NCBI GenBank assembly: GCA_012295275.1
Contig: CM022670.1
Span: 36,456,001-36,520,000, forward strand
Source: Chrysomallon squamiferum
Lineage: Eukaryota > Animalia > Mollusca
Reading direction: 5' to 3'
DNA length: 64,000 nucleotides
Part shown: positions 26,908-40,599 of the stretch, piece after piece
Position numbering within the stretch: position 1 is the first letter of the stretch
Layout: every line of letters starts with the position of its first letter
Position numbers and translations under genes: made by a program
The notes under the pieces: model-generated
Told to the model about the DNA's origin: nothing
Seen by the model: the letters and a program-made list of their open reading frames with translations, nothing else
Database searches by the model: none

Positions 26908-29900
26908 TCAAGGATGGTTTAATGCCTCCTGATCACAGCAAAGCTATAGAAAAGGCATATAGCAGACTTACAGAAAAAGTAATTGTAGACCCTTTAGTAA
27001 TATACCTGCGTGACAACGCTGTGTTGATACCTACTGATGTTGAATACATTCTCAGTCCAAAGACAAGAATAGCAAAGTTTCAACGTCTCGTCGACATCCT
27101 TCCTTTGTTTGGAGAGAAAGCTTTCGACTGCTTTGTGGAAGCATTGACGAAATCAGATCAAAATCATCTTGCTGACATACTGAAAGGTAACATTATACAT
27201 ATTCTCTTATTATTATAACTTTTTTCTTAATATTCTGACAGAGAATCATGATCTGGTCCACGATTACTATAAAACGGAATTATACATAACTTTTAAAATG
27301 ACACAAGCTTCGTTAGGACAAAATAACAATAATAAATTATAGACAGGAATAAAATGTAAGAGGAAACTGTCATATACGATTTATTTAATTAATCATATTA
27401 TAATTTTTTAATATATTTAGTTATATCTTATATTTATTCCGGTTTTTTTTCTTCTTCTTCTTCTTTCACTTATTAAATTCAATTTGCGTTTTCCTTTTAG
27501 TGTATGTGAGTGCACTTTTTTCCTTTTTTTTTTTTTTTTTTTAATTTTCTTCAGATGAATTAAAGAAACTGACTCCTGTTTCGGACATACTAAACAGGGA
27601 AGAATTGGAACAACCACTGCAAAGTGAAATAACAACTGATGATGAATTCCACAGTTTGAATGAAAGCGATGAGGCCGATTTTGACCTAAGTTCCTTTATT
27701 CTTATATTATTACTGCAATTGTCACTATTTATCCTTTACAAAATTTGGTAAAATAATACTGAATTTTTTAAAGGTTAATGGGCAATGTTTAGTGATTAAC
27801 TATTATCTGTTGCAGTTTCCAGTTTATTAAACATTACCAAAACATTTTTTACCGTTTTATCGAGTTTTACTAATACAGAATTTTTTTAATTTTGTTTTAT
27901 TATTATTTACCAGGATGTATCTTGTACATAAAGATTTTGTGTTTAATGAGGTGAATGAAACTAGATATAGAGTGGTAATAAAATTATTAAACATTAGTCA
28001 TAGGTTGAATTTAAACTGAAAATTTGATTTATGAACTCTTTATAAGATTAATTTTAGTTAATCAGAATGCAATGTATTTTTCTGAGATGAGAAAAAAACC
28101 CAATAACATGCAATGCCATATAAAAAATGTTTATTTCTGAAAACAAAGTATTATGTAAAAGATACATTTAAAAATGTTAATACAACAATATATCAATATC
28201 TGAATATTATAAAAGATACAAAGACAAATGAAATCTACAAATAGTAAATAATCATGCCATAAATTGATAAAGATATTTTCAAACATTTAAATATCAGTTT
28301 TTTAAAATCATCTCTTACTTGGAAACTTTATCTTCTAATGTTGAAACATTTTATCCAGTAAGTATAACAAATATATATATATACCTAAATTTATAACAAC
28401 TTGCAATTTAACAAAACCTTTGGAATATATTGAGAGAATGAATTATTAATATTCCCTAATATTTTAATTTAAAAACATGATTAGAAATATCTTTTCAGTG
28501 TATATACCATAGAATTAAATAAAATATATTTAAAAAATAAATGGCATTCAAACTCTGTAATAAAAGTAACTGTTGAATAATGATGTCAAGCAAATAAATA
28601 AATAAATAAAAAAAAGAGTATTAGTTTAAGGCTTTTGCAATATTCCGTAGAAAGTGTTATATTATTCTGAAAATGTAATATTTTGTTTCAAACATCATAT
28701 ATTTTATCATTTAATATGAGTTTTAATTTTTTTTAACATGATGAAATACAAGAATACAAATGTATATATAAAAACGTTTTAATTAAATAAATAAATAAAA
28801 AGGATAAAAAATGTTTCTTTTATTTTAAAAGAATTCTTGGCCAAACGTTAGAGCAACTATGGAAAAATAATACTATCAATTGATTTTAATAACTGATCAA
28901 ATATTCTGAAGCAGTACATTATGATATGTGAAAAATGTATGTTCAATAAAATCACATCCACCAAAACAAACATAATAAAGCAAGTAAGTATCAAAGTTGT
29001 ATAAGTATTAAAATGTTTAACAATCATTTTCATCATTATACATTATTGGTGTAATGTTCTGTCACAACCATTTATGTTTTGTAAATGTATGTATATGTAT
29101 TCACAAATAGCAATAGCATAAAAAAATTATTAATTAAAAAACTAAAATAACAAAATAATAAAAATATGAGCAAAAAGTGCAATGTCTGGAATGCATTTGA
29201 TAAAATAGTTAGAAATAATAAACTGTTAATTTGTTTTTTAAATTTATATAATTTTTGTTTTTCCCCTCAAGTATAACACTGGAATCATCTATTAAAAATA
29301 AATGAGGCAAATTAAAAAATAATAACAACAAGTGACCTGATAATTCAGTTATATTATTAACTAGACACATTGTTTCTATCACTTTTTTCTTTTATGTACA
29401 TAAAATAATATTTTTGAAAGAAATACATTTAATATATGAATATATTGGTACTAAACCATTATAATACTTATTGATATGTAACATACATAACAAAATAGTG
29501 AATTCTGACATGATAATAAAAACTTTATGTTTTAGGACTTTCAACATCAAAAGCACCAATGACGGACAAAATTTTAGAAAGAACAAATTAAAAATATAGC
29601 CAATTTCATTTACTAAGGAAAAAAAAATAAACTTAGTGAGACTTGTGATTTGTTTTGTGAATTAAATGAATACTAAAATGAATGGATGTTTACAATAATA
29701 CATTAGGAATGAATCTTTATTTTAGTGTAGTTGTCACTGTTAATTGCATTATCTAAAATGAATTTTTGAGTACTAAAATGAATGAAGAATGAAGGTTTAG
29801 AGATATCTAATCACCAAAATACATATGCATTAGGAGTCACTTTTCCGGTGGGTCTATTGGCTAGGACCATTCAAACATTTTCCTAGTCACTATCCTACTA

Positions 29901-30411
29901 TTTTTGTAAAAGAACTTGTAAAAAAAAATAAACCAGCTCAACTATATGCCACTGTCAAATTACAAAATGACACTAAATAAGCACTGCTGAAAATTTTATA
30001 AATCAAAAGAAATGTATAAATATGTCAATCAAAGACACATTTTTATTCATGTGTCTCCATTTAACACCTGCTTTTAATAATAATGATACTAGTAATCACT
30101 AAAAAAATTATAAAAATTTACTTTTCTCAATTCTTCTAAGAAATATAAACTCTACAGGGAGTGATGAATACAGTTTGATTCTCATAATTAATTATTAAAA
30201 CTGACAAAAGGTTTTGTCAGTTACAACTACTGAACCCGTAGATGTGTGAGTAGATGTTCATACTGATCTTGTTACAGGATAATTTGAGCTAATTGTCTAA
30301 CTGATGGCTACTTGTTCTGTAAGTAGAAGGGAATTACGAAATTTTTCATCTCAAAAGAAACTGTTTTCAAAACGTCCTCACATCAATGTTATATTTTTCT
30401 TGAACATTCCA

Positions 30412-30811
30412 TCAACGGCCTAAATAAGGTGGAGGTCCCTTCTGACTTGTGTCGTGAATGCTGTTCAGTTCTAGTTCTTCCATTTCAACATAATCTCGGT
30501 ACTCGGTCAACTCCTTTGAAATCTTAATGCGTGTATAGTTTGCTGCCAGACAATTATGTCATTTATTTTTAAAAAGTTCAATCCGTATTTCAAAATTCGG
30601 TAAATTATATGAATAAAGGACAGATAGAGACAACAATAAAATGTCTTACCAAACTGAGTCAGGTTGAAGCAGTAAGTAAGTGTTTTGCATTTCTGTTGTA
30701 AACCTCATTGTCACAGATGGAGAAAATAGAAGCATACAAATAACTGGGATGACAGAAATACACATTATCACAATCCAGCCAAGACTGAGAATGTACGTGA
30801 TAATAGTTGAA
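30412..30811 (-). pseudogene. M6 proteolipid fragment: exon 4 plus truncated exon 7, followed by a copy of the 3' UTR
   Basis: Exon 4 (30811-30650) is 162 nt, 1 nt short. Exons 5-6 and the exon 7 acceptor are deleted. The UTR copy runs to about 28100. Confidence 0.88.
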
Positions 30812-32935
30812 CTGAAAAAAAAATAAAATATTAGTAGTAGTATTTCATATTTACATATATTTTTATTGGAATTTCGCCCGCCCCCCGAAACACTCGTTAC
30901 CAAACTTCCATAAACTGAATATAATAAAATTTAATTTGCATAAACCCCCCCCGAAAACCCCCCAAAACAAAACAATTTTGATTGGTCTATGAACTTATTA
31001 GGATGGGCCATAACATGATGATTATAATAAGAACAACAATAATAATAATCATATCACTGTCGTTATAATAAATGTATTAAACGAATAAATACGTGTTTTC
31101 GTTTACATTTATACAAAACGTGATTATAATTGCATTCAACACAACACTTGTAAAATTTTAATCTAAAAATCAAAATAATGTCTATTAATATAACAACTTA
31201 AAGAAATTAAACTAAATGTGTAATGAATAATTGTAAATAATCTTTACAAATAAAGAATTCACAAATAATTAATCAGGTAATAAAACGCTGGTTCAAGGAT
31301 GTCTCAGGATCAGTTATATTCATCGTTTCCACTGGGCTAATTCCAGTTCCAACCAGTATTTCATCATCGCTTTATTAAAGGTCAAAGCTTCGCAAACCAT
31401 TCACAGTAACTCGTGCTGATCTGAAGCGGGTTTTACACATTGTCTAAATAGAAGATTTTACGACTTCTTAAAATAGAACATCTAATAACGTTTAATAAAG
31501 AAACATTTTCTTGTGCACTTTTTACATTTTTTATTATTATTATTAGTAATCTTGGCGATAGTAGTAGTTATTGTAAAGGGGTAGATTATAATAAAAGATT
31601 ATAATAAAAATAATAATAATAACAATAATCATACCACAGTCATTACAATAAAGGTATTTAACGAAACGAATAAATACGTGTTTTCGTTTCATTTATGCAA
31701 AACATAATTATAGCTGCTTTCAACACAACTCAAAAATTACAATAACGTCTGTTAGCGTAGCAACACAAATAAAGTAATAAAACTGAATGTGTATTGAATA
31801 ATTGTAAATTAGCTTCAAAAATAAAAAAATCACAAATAATTAAAAAAAATACGGATTCATTAAACATTTTCTTCTTCTTTTGTTATTTTTGTTATTTTCT
31901 ATTAATAGTAATCTTGGCGTTTGTAGCATTTGTAATTATAAATTAATTATTAAAATTTGACACCTAACTAAAGTAAGTTAATATAAAGAAGCACTCAGAA
32001 TAGAATATCACCTGTCGCTATATAAGTCAATCAAATCAGTTTATTACGTCACGTAAAAGGCTTATTTTTGTAAGATATGGTAAATCCATAAGATAACGAT
32101 CAGGAAGTGATTGCGACAGGTAAGGCTTATCGGATTATTATTAAAATATTTAATATAAACAACAAAAACACAACAACACTTCATATGCCTCACGTAAAAA
32201 TTATTTATTTACACCTGCATTTTATTCCGATTTTTTTTTTTTTTTTTTTTTTTTTTGCTGGCTAAATACATTATGATATAATATATAAAGTTTCCATGTA
32301 AAATGGCATGTGACCTTATATAATCATCTATTTACATAGCTATATATTTACTGCATATTTTACTTACACAACGAACAGAACAGCCTTTACATTTTAAAGC
32401 AATTTTACCTTAGATTTACATATATTTTTAACGTTAGAAAAAACCGTATAACGGCCATTTTTATTTGTTCGGGTTCTTTAAAAATAATTTGATATCTTTG
32501 CATGGGTGGTTACTCCTCGTAGTCGGAATGTGTGTCATGTTTAACAACTGTAAGTAGTAACTCGTGTTCAGCGTTTTGCTAAGGGTCAAACAATCAGTCT
32601 TCTTAGGTGCGTTATATAGTTAGTTATTTTTATTGATTAAAATCTTAATAGCTGCATCGTTTATAAATAGTAACATTGTTCATTTATTTATTTATTTACT
32701 TTGTTTATTAATTATTTATTTTATTGACAATTCTATTAACTAACAAGAATAGAAGTAATTATTTATTTATTTAGTCATTTTTATATTAATTTCGGTACTG
32801 CCATAATCACATTGCTTTATTTATTTATTTACTGACTTATTTACCTACTTATTTACTTAGTTTATTATTTACAACCATTTTGCTAAGAAATCTAGTGTTA
32901 TAATTTATTTATTTAAAAAAAAAAAAAAAAAAAAA

Positions 32936-35075
32936 CACTAGATAGTGACCAAGTAAAAGTGTCCCAAACTTGGATAAACTATTAGAAACGAATTTTTTTT
33001 TATGGGGAAAAAGGCATCAAAAGCTAAAACAAAACAAAGATAAAACTTCAAAGTGATTAATTTAGTATTCTTGATAAGTCTACACTGTATCTACTGTTTC
33101 AGAGGTGATTATGGTCATTTAAATAAGGCCATGATCTCTCATCCAAGGAAGGTACCAGATCATTTTGCAGAGCAAGGCACATTCAGTGTCATCTCTCGCA
33201 ACACGAGCAAGGTCCATGCAGATTACTTTGCGGAGTGTGTCTTCCCTTATGCTTCATATCTTTCCACACGTCTAGATAAACTATGGTGCTCTTTTATCCT
33301 TGGCATTACTTGGGAAGAGTAGAATATCCATTTCAAACCTCCTTTCTCTCTGTGTGGCTTATCGCTACCAGAACACACTGGTCGATCTCTATCAACGCCA
33401 TTTCTGGCCTTAGCTAGTGTTGTTGGTTGGACCCAATGGTGTTGCAACTTGCCAAACATTTATCTTTCTTTCTTTTACCCGTGATTGTGGCCACCCCACT
33501 GTACTTACCAAAGCACTGTAGTGCCGAATTTAATTTTCAAAGAATTTGCCTGCTTTATAAATGTTCTTAAAGGTTTACCAAAATTGTCCTTGTCGTAAAG
33601 ATACGATTTTTCAAAAGTATCAAATACATTTCTGAGTTCACTGATCAAATCGTCTCCATTACTAAGAATACATGATCACTATTCTGGTGCTGAGCAATGA
33701 GGCGATGATCACGATTACGACGGAGGAAGTCATTCTGTGGATTTCGATGCAAATGGAGGAAATTTATTGCGATGGTTGAGGGAGCAACATCCATAGCGAT
33801 AATTGAGGTAGAAATGTTTATGTCGGAACCCTGGCCACGGTCTCTTATATCCTCAATTGTCGTTGAGAGGCACTGGGATGGGTTGCTTCATTGGTGTTGT
33901 ACCGTCAGTTGCAACAGTGAAGAAATGCCATACTTCTTGACAATTAGATATTGGTGTTACATGGTGCCCTTGAAATGATATAAAATGAGTATAACATTAA
34001 ATTTGGTCATCAAAAATGTGCAATAAAATGCAAAGCATGTCTACATCTATTATAAATCATTTAATTGCAGGTAATGCAGTGATTATTCTAAAACGGCTTT
34101 CATTTTTCATTCAAGCATTGTTTGTATCGATGCAGCTAGTGGCAGGCTTTCTCGTAAAAATAATCCCCAAGCGCTATAAATCATACTTCCAATCATTAGC
34201 ATAGGGAGCTTTTCACACCCCAAAATAAGCTACTAAAGAAACGTCTCGGTGTGCGTCCGTCTCTATCGTCGACGTTACCTGTTTTTCTAGTCCAACGAGT
34301 CCATGTCCCAAATGACACATCTTAGGTTCAAGTTATGTTGGCGTCTTTTTCACTTGAACATTGTCTCACTGTCACCGGAACGAACGATTAGCTCTTGGTC
34401 AGTCGTGGCACCAGCTTGGCCATGCGGTAGGAACTTTGACTTTGGGGCTCCATCCTGACGGTTTTTGCATATGTCTAATAATCGCCGCACATAATAAGCC
34501 TCTAGACGTCTAGTCATTAAATCAACAAGCTGGATCACACTATACACTTTTGTTCAATCCAGAATGTGATGCTTGAGGATTTTCATGATAGACTCAGCAA
34601 AGTTATTAGTGTCATTGTTTCTTATCTGAGCGCTCAGATCGAGTCCAAGTGTTACATCACACTTTCATACTTCGGCAGTTTTTCATTTCCTTGAATAAAT
34701 TGTACATATTTGACATCAAGTGTTTCTGTTGTTTCTGCATATACCATCACCATCCCCTTGAGTAGAGAGAGAAGCACAGGTCTGTGTTCATTACGGACAG
34801 CATTTTAAGAATCCCATAAAAGAAGCCAGAAGGCTTGCAAAATGTGGAAGGCGCACACAAGTAAAGTAATATCTGTGTAAACATTCTGTGTGCCTGTCTT
34901 TCTGAGGCGCTATCGTCTGCCAAGAACACTTCTGGGCCTAAAGCTGCCCCTCTTCCGAAATTGGACGTTCACAACTCAAGTGCTTCAGTGTTTGTCCTTC
35001 ACTTTCACTGAGACATGTTTCTGCCAAAAGGCATCGGCGGCTATGCTGGAATTATTGTGATTGTGGTCTAGAATA
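32936..35075 (-). mobile_element. Degenerate MULE/Mutator-like transposase remnant
   Basis: Broken translation 'FLADDSASERQA', 'TNNFAESIMKILKHHILD', 'YSVIQLVDLMTRRLEAYYVRRLLD', 'VQPTTLAKAR' and 'HSLSRRVERYEA'. These resemble MULE/SWIM-type transposases by recall; the family assignment needs a search. Confidence 0.55.
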
Positions 35076-36961
35076 ACAACAGCTGTTTATCAGGTACATA
35101 ACAGAAATTAAATCACCTGGGTAAATAAATATGACGTAAAAGTAAACCTGGATATTCATCTTTTCTGCAAACACCAATTCACTGATAACGTGTTATCTGT
35201 CACTGTTTTAGTAACTCGTGTATTTAGTAATCTGTAACGTCATCTACAGCAGAGCCGGTTACTAACTTTGTTAGTTAATTATTTTTATTATTACCAGTTC
35301 TATTAAATACCAACAACAGAAGTAATTATTTATTTAGTCATTTTTATTATGATTATCAGTTATAAAATGCGCCATTAGCATGATTAGATTTAAATTCATT
35401 GTTTCTATCTTATTACAGAAACATTTGATCTTCACACCACACGCCTGTACGTACATCTTCTTAAAATTAAAAATCAATAGAAAAATTTTTAAACTGAATA
35501 GATCTATGTCGAGCCCATGTGGTCATTAATAAAAAAATTGATAAAAAAATATTTTAGTTTAACAAACAAATAAGGGGATTATGTCAATCTTTATCTTGCT
35601 TTGTGATTAATTTTTGAAAAAAGTAGTAGGGGAATTGCGACGGGAAACAAACAAATCTCACTTGCCCGTTTACATAAATTTGCTAGTCGGGAGAATGCTT
35701 TGAAATTAATTCATGCAAGATAAATGTCGGTATCTAGAATTCTAATCAGACGTGATCTTGTTTTGAAACTTGAAATTCATTCGTTGAACCTGAAAACTGG
35801 AAAATAGACATTGATACAGCCAGGAATCAGGAAAACAAAATCATAGGCCTTGGCCTAGAAGTTCAAGGTGGAGAGGTTCACGAAGACATACAAATAATAA
35901 TAATGATACAGACTTTGTATCATTCCCCTATAAAGATAAAAGATGGGGCAAGTGACGGAGGAGTAGCCAATCGGACACACGTTGAAGGAAAGTGATACCC
36001 GTGAAGTAATTTGCCGGAAGAGATAAACCTACACACCACATCCTAACACTTCTGCTTATATTTTTTATACATAGGATCAGCGGTGTGTAACTTCTAGCGT
36101 GCTTTCGATTCAGGCTTGCTTCTGATGCTTATTGAGTTGTATCAAAACCCATCTTTGTATTGAATGTATACAAGCATGTAGAAATATGTCACTTGATATT
36201 AGATCCTTGAATTAATTTAATACCTAGCGCTAAAATAACTTTATTCGATGGGAGAACAAGCACAATCAATGATGAACTGTTCGTCCATCTTTAAAACAAT
36301 GCTCTGCTTAATTACAATATTCATGACTTGGCAAGCAGCAAATGCACATGTGGGAATGTTAAAACGTTCGTAGGAAAAGAAATTTTGTGTCGTCTAATGT
36401 TTATATATTTGAATATACATGCATTGAATGAGTGTTGAAAATTATTATTATTATTTTTTTTTTGTAATTATTAATTATTTCATTTTAACGCGCACACATA
36501 AACACACACACTTTATTTCAGCATAAACGTTTTATTTTTTTATTTATTTTAAATATATACTTGATGGCAAAATAGTTACAATACATTTTTGTAAACAATT
36601 AACTCATAAATAACTAAGTAAATAAATAAATAAATAATATGATGTAATATGATTACGACAGTACTAAAATGTAAATTTAATAGCTGCAACAGTAACATTA
36701 TTCATTTGTTCGTTTTTGTTTTTAGTTAGTTAGTTACTTTTATTGTAGTGCCGGTGCATTTGCATGCACTTATGTTTATCTTGTGCAAATCGTCAACACT
36801 ATGTATGATAACGTCATGAACAATGGCAGCCAGGTATTTTATTCAGTGGTTCTGTTGTTATGATAGTAAAAAAATAATAAGAAGAAAAAAAAAAAAAAAA
36901 AATAAATAAATAAATAAATAAATAAAATATAATAATAATAATAATAATAAAATAATAATAA

Positions 36962-37006
<45 letters not shown>

Positions 37007-37490
37007 TACTAAATATATAATTACTTCTGTTGTTGGTATTTAATAGGATTGGTAATAATAAAAACAATTAACTAACAAAGTTAGTAACCGGCACTGCTGT
37101 AGATGACGTTACAGATTACTAAATACATGAGTTACTAAACAGATAACACGTTATCAGTGAACTGGTGTTTTCAGAAAAGATAAATATCCAGGTTTCTCCG
37201 GGAAGAATACTGTTTTATTTATCTTAATTATCAGTTTATTTGTACGTCATATTTATTTACCCAGGTGATTTAATTTGTGTTATGTTTACACTTATTATTA
37301 TCATATTCATAATCGTCGTCCTCATAATTTTTATAACTATTATCATAATAGAAAATCATCATTGACATTATTGATTTAAATAACATTTGATTTGCTATTT
37401 TTATAACAGGAAAAAGCTTGATAAATATACTGAAATAAGCAAGTTTTCAGTTTGTTTCACTGATAAATACCATTACTACGGCATGTTATA

Positions 37491-40400
37491 ATGTTTCGAA
37501 GATCATTTCGCAAAAAGAAAAGTAAAAAAGACAATTGTGAAGACGACCAAAGCACTAGTGAATCATCTCACAAAACAAAAAATAAACTTGAAAATTACCA
37601 TGAGGCAGTCCAGCTAGTTACCACTTTGCAGAGTGAAAACAGAAAACTGAGATTGGAATTAGAATACCTAAAACGTGCAGCCAGTCCCAGTCAAACAAAC
37701 CTACCAACAATTGTTTCCGGACCGACGCAGGAAACACGGCGTTCTTTCACTGAAAGCCAAGTCACAACAGAACTACAACGAGACGTCCATGAGAACTGCA
37801 ATCTTCGTTTGCAAGAACAACAAGCGACAATAACCGATCTGTCTGCCAGACTGAAAGAAACTGAAGACAAACTCAGAAAGAAGGATGCTGCAGATCAGAT
37901 TCTGTATGACGCCGTGCACAGGTTGGTTTCAACTCTGGAAAACAGATTCGAGAAGATGTTATTTGATACATTAGAGAGACTCGGGAAAAAAATTGATGAG
38001 AGTCTGAAAGAAAAACTAGATTATGCAATGAAGATATTGACACAACAACTCAAAGCGGCAGAAGAGTCCCATGAAAGGAAACAGTACAGTGATCTATTGA
38101 TGGAAGTAAGTAAAAGTGTAATGATTTTGTTTTATTATTATTGTTTTTTTCTTATTGTCATGAGCGTGTCTGATGCATTTGTAAGTATCTGCATCAAAAT
38201 AACGTAAAGAGTACATTTGATGGTACGAATAAATTGACGACGTGTTGTAGCTCGAAACAAAGACTGACAACAAAATAATACTGTGCCAGTTATTAGAATA
38301 GCGTCAAATCGAAAATTTACTGTATAATTTTTACTACAGAAACAAAGAGAAAAATCTGGAATCAAAGATTATTAATAAGTCATATATTTTCTACTGACAA
38401 AGGTTGCTGACAAATTTTGTTTTCGTTTATATAATGGAAACTATTCATTTCATTTAGATGTTTTGCACCGTGGATGAGTTCAAGAAGAGGTCTTTAGATG
38501 TTCTTGAGAAAGTAGAAGTACATTTTGCTAGAGACAGGATAGGGAATGACAGAATGAAAGAAATAGAAATGATGAAGCAACAATGCAAAACACTGGAACA
38601 AGTCTTAGCAAGAGAAGTGAAATCTCACAGTCACCTTTGGATGAGAGTAAGTAAAAATATAATAATTGTCAATTTTTTTAACTACTTTTATTAGCTACCA
38701 ACAAATCAAATACAACGTTAATAGCAGTACTTATTTAGTTAGTTATTATTATCGCTTTTAATTTTAATAGCTGCAACAGTAACATTATTTATTTGTTTGT
38801 TTGTTTAGTTAGTCAGTTACTTTTATTGTAGTGCCGGTGCATTTGCATGCACTTATGTTTATCTTGTTAAGATCGGTCAACACTATGTATGATAACGTCA
38901 TGAATCTTGTATTCTCGGTTTTGTTATTAATAATAAATATTCAGAAACGGAAACCGTAATCAATAGTATGTAAATCGTTGGAGAATGAAATGAAATAATT
39001 TAGTTATCTGCTGAAGTACAAATATTATATTTTTTATCTGTTAATATGTTTTTCCTCGGTAATATGTATATGCGTATGTATGTGCTTCTCTGATTCTGTC
39101 TCAAAAAGCTCAAAAAGTAACACAAATACAGTAGCAACTCGATTTAACAGACTCACAGATTTGAAGTGTTATCCACTGTTGCCGAAACACTTTAAGTCAT
39201 AAATGTTTAAAAAGAATAATATTTTAATTTTTTGTTTTTTTGTAAAAGGTCCTTTGCCATAATCAATAGTGATCCTCAAATATAAATTGGCAACTTATAC
39301 ATTCGAAATTGTAACAATGGAGAGAGAGGTTTGACTTGTTCAATGGATGAATGTTTTATAAAAATGTTACACGATTAGGATCACTAAACAATTACACGAT
39401 GAAAGCCTGTACGTGAAATAAATTAGGGACGACACAAATAAAAAGATTACTTTAGATCTAATGGAATTAGTCTGCTAAAAATGAAGTCAATTGACTTGTT
39501 GGCTGTCCAACCAAGAATTTACTGTATGATGTTACTACAGCAGTAAATAAAGAGAAAAATCTGGAATCAAATATCAGTAATAAAGCATTTATTTTGTAAC
39601 GAAGACAGCTATTAGGTGTTTTCCTTTATATAACGGAAAATATTAATTTCATTTGTTCATGTTTAATTTCAGGTACACGAAATTAATACATCTTCTATTT
39701 TATACAAACAAGACGAATGTATTGAAGCAGTACGTAGTTTGCAGGAATCAACAGAAAATACTAGCAGCAAGTTAACAGAACTGTTGACTTTGGCAAAGGA
39801 GGAAAGTAAACGATCAAATGAGAATAGCAACAATCTGCCTGCACATATTTTAGGATTTGCATATCGAATTGAAAAAAAGTTCGGTATGTTTAGAATCAGT
39901 TACGAAACCAAACGTTTCCATTTCAAAAAAATAAATAAATACAAAATAAATAAATGTGTGTTACAACTAAACAAATAATAATCAGCAGTAATGGAATCAT
40001 AAGCCATACAGTAATGATAACAACACTATAGATTATTATTACCTTTTCATTTTGATATGTTGCTACATCGTTTCTCTGTATTTGATATAATTTATATTTA
40101 TTAATTTGTTTATTGGGTGTTATAAACTCTGTTGCTGTTTGTTCTATTTTTTTTTATTTTTTTTTTTATTATTTTTTTTTTTTCTGGGTACTTGTCGTTG
40201 TTGTTTATTTATAATTTTTTCTTTGTTTTAATTAATTATTCACGTGCTTTTCCAGACGACAAAGATAAAGTCATGAAGTTTGGTTTAGCTCTAGGCTTAA
40301 ACAGCAGTACAGTGGAGAAATTAGTTAATGAAGAAAATGGAAACGTTTTCTGGGAGGTGCTGTACGAATGGAACAAAACGTCACAGTCTATCGCTGATTT

Positions 40401-40553
40401 GATTTCCGCTTGTCAAAGATTATCTATCTGTCCATTCTCCGGTAAGACTGGTTTATTACCAGTGAAATACATTTGTTGCTAGTTTGTCTAATTACTTTCT
40501 TTTTTTCTTGTGTTATTTAACATAAATCTTATTATTATTATTATAATTATTAC

Positions 40554-40599
<46 letters not shown>

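Larger units (their letters stand above)
22417..27756 (+). pseudogene. Copy B of the coiled-coil/DD/CARD gene, disabled
   Basis: Exons are 22417-22890, 25891-26095, 26448-26628, about 26914-27186 and 27555-27756. There is an in-frame TAA at 22549-22551. The DD exon is 181 nt instead of 186 nt and contains stops. The CARD acceptor is shifted by one base (caaggatg versus caaagatg). Confidence 0.85.
18922..30950. repeat. Large inverted segmental duplicate of about 3170-16350 (copy A, its upstream region and the M6 3' end)
   Basis: Co-linear reverse-complement match through the upstream region, all exons, the intronic transposons and both 3' UTRs, with indels. Confidence 0.9.

Noticed and set aside
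33053-34204. Short plus-strand ORFs repeated at 47618-48865
   Set aside because: They are antisense or off-frame pieces of the MULE-like remnant, duplicated with the segment.
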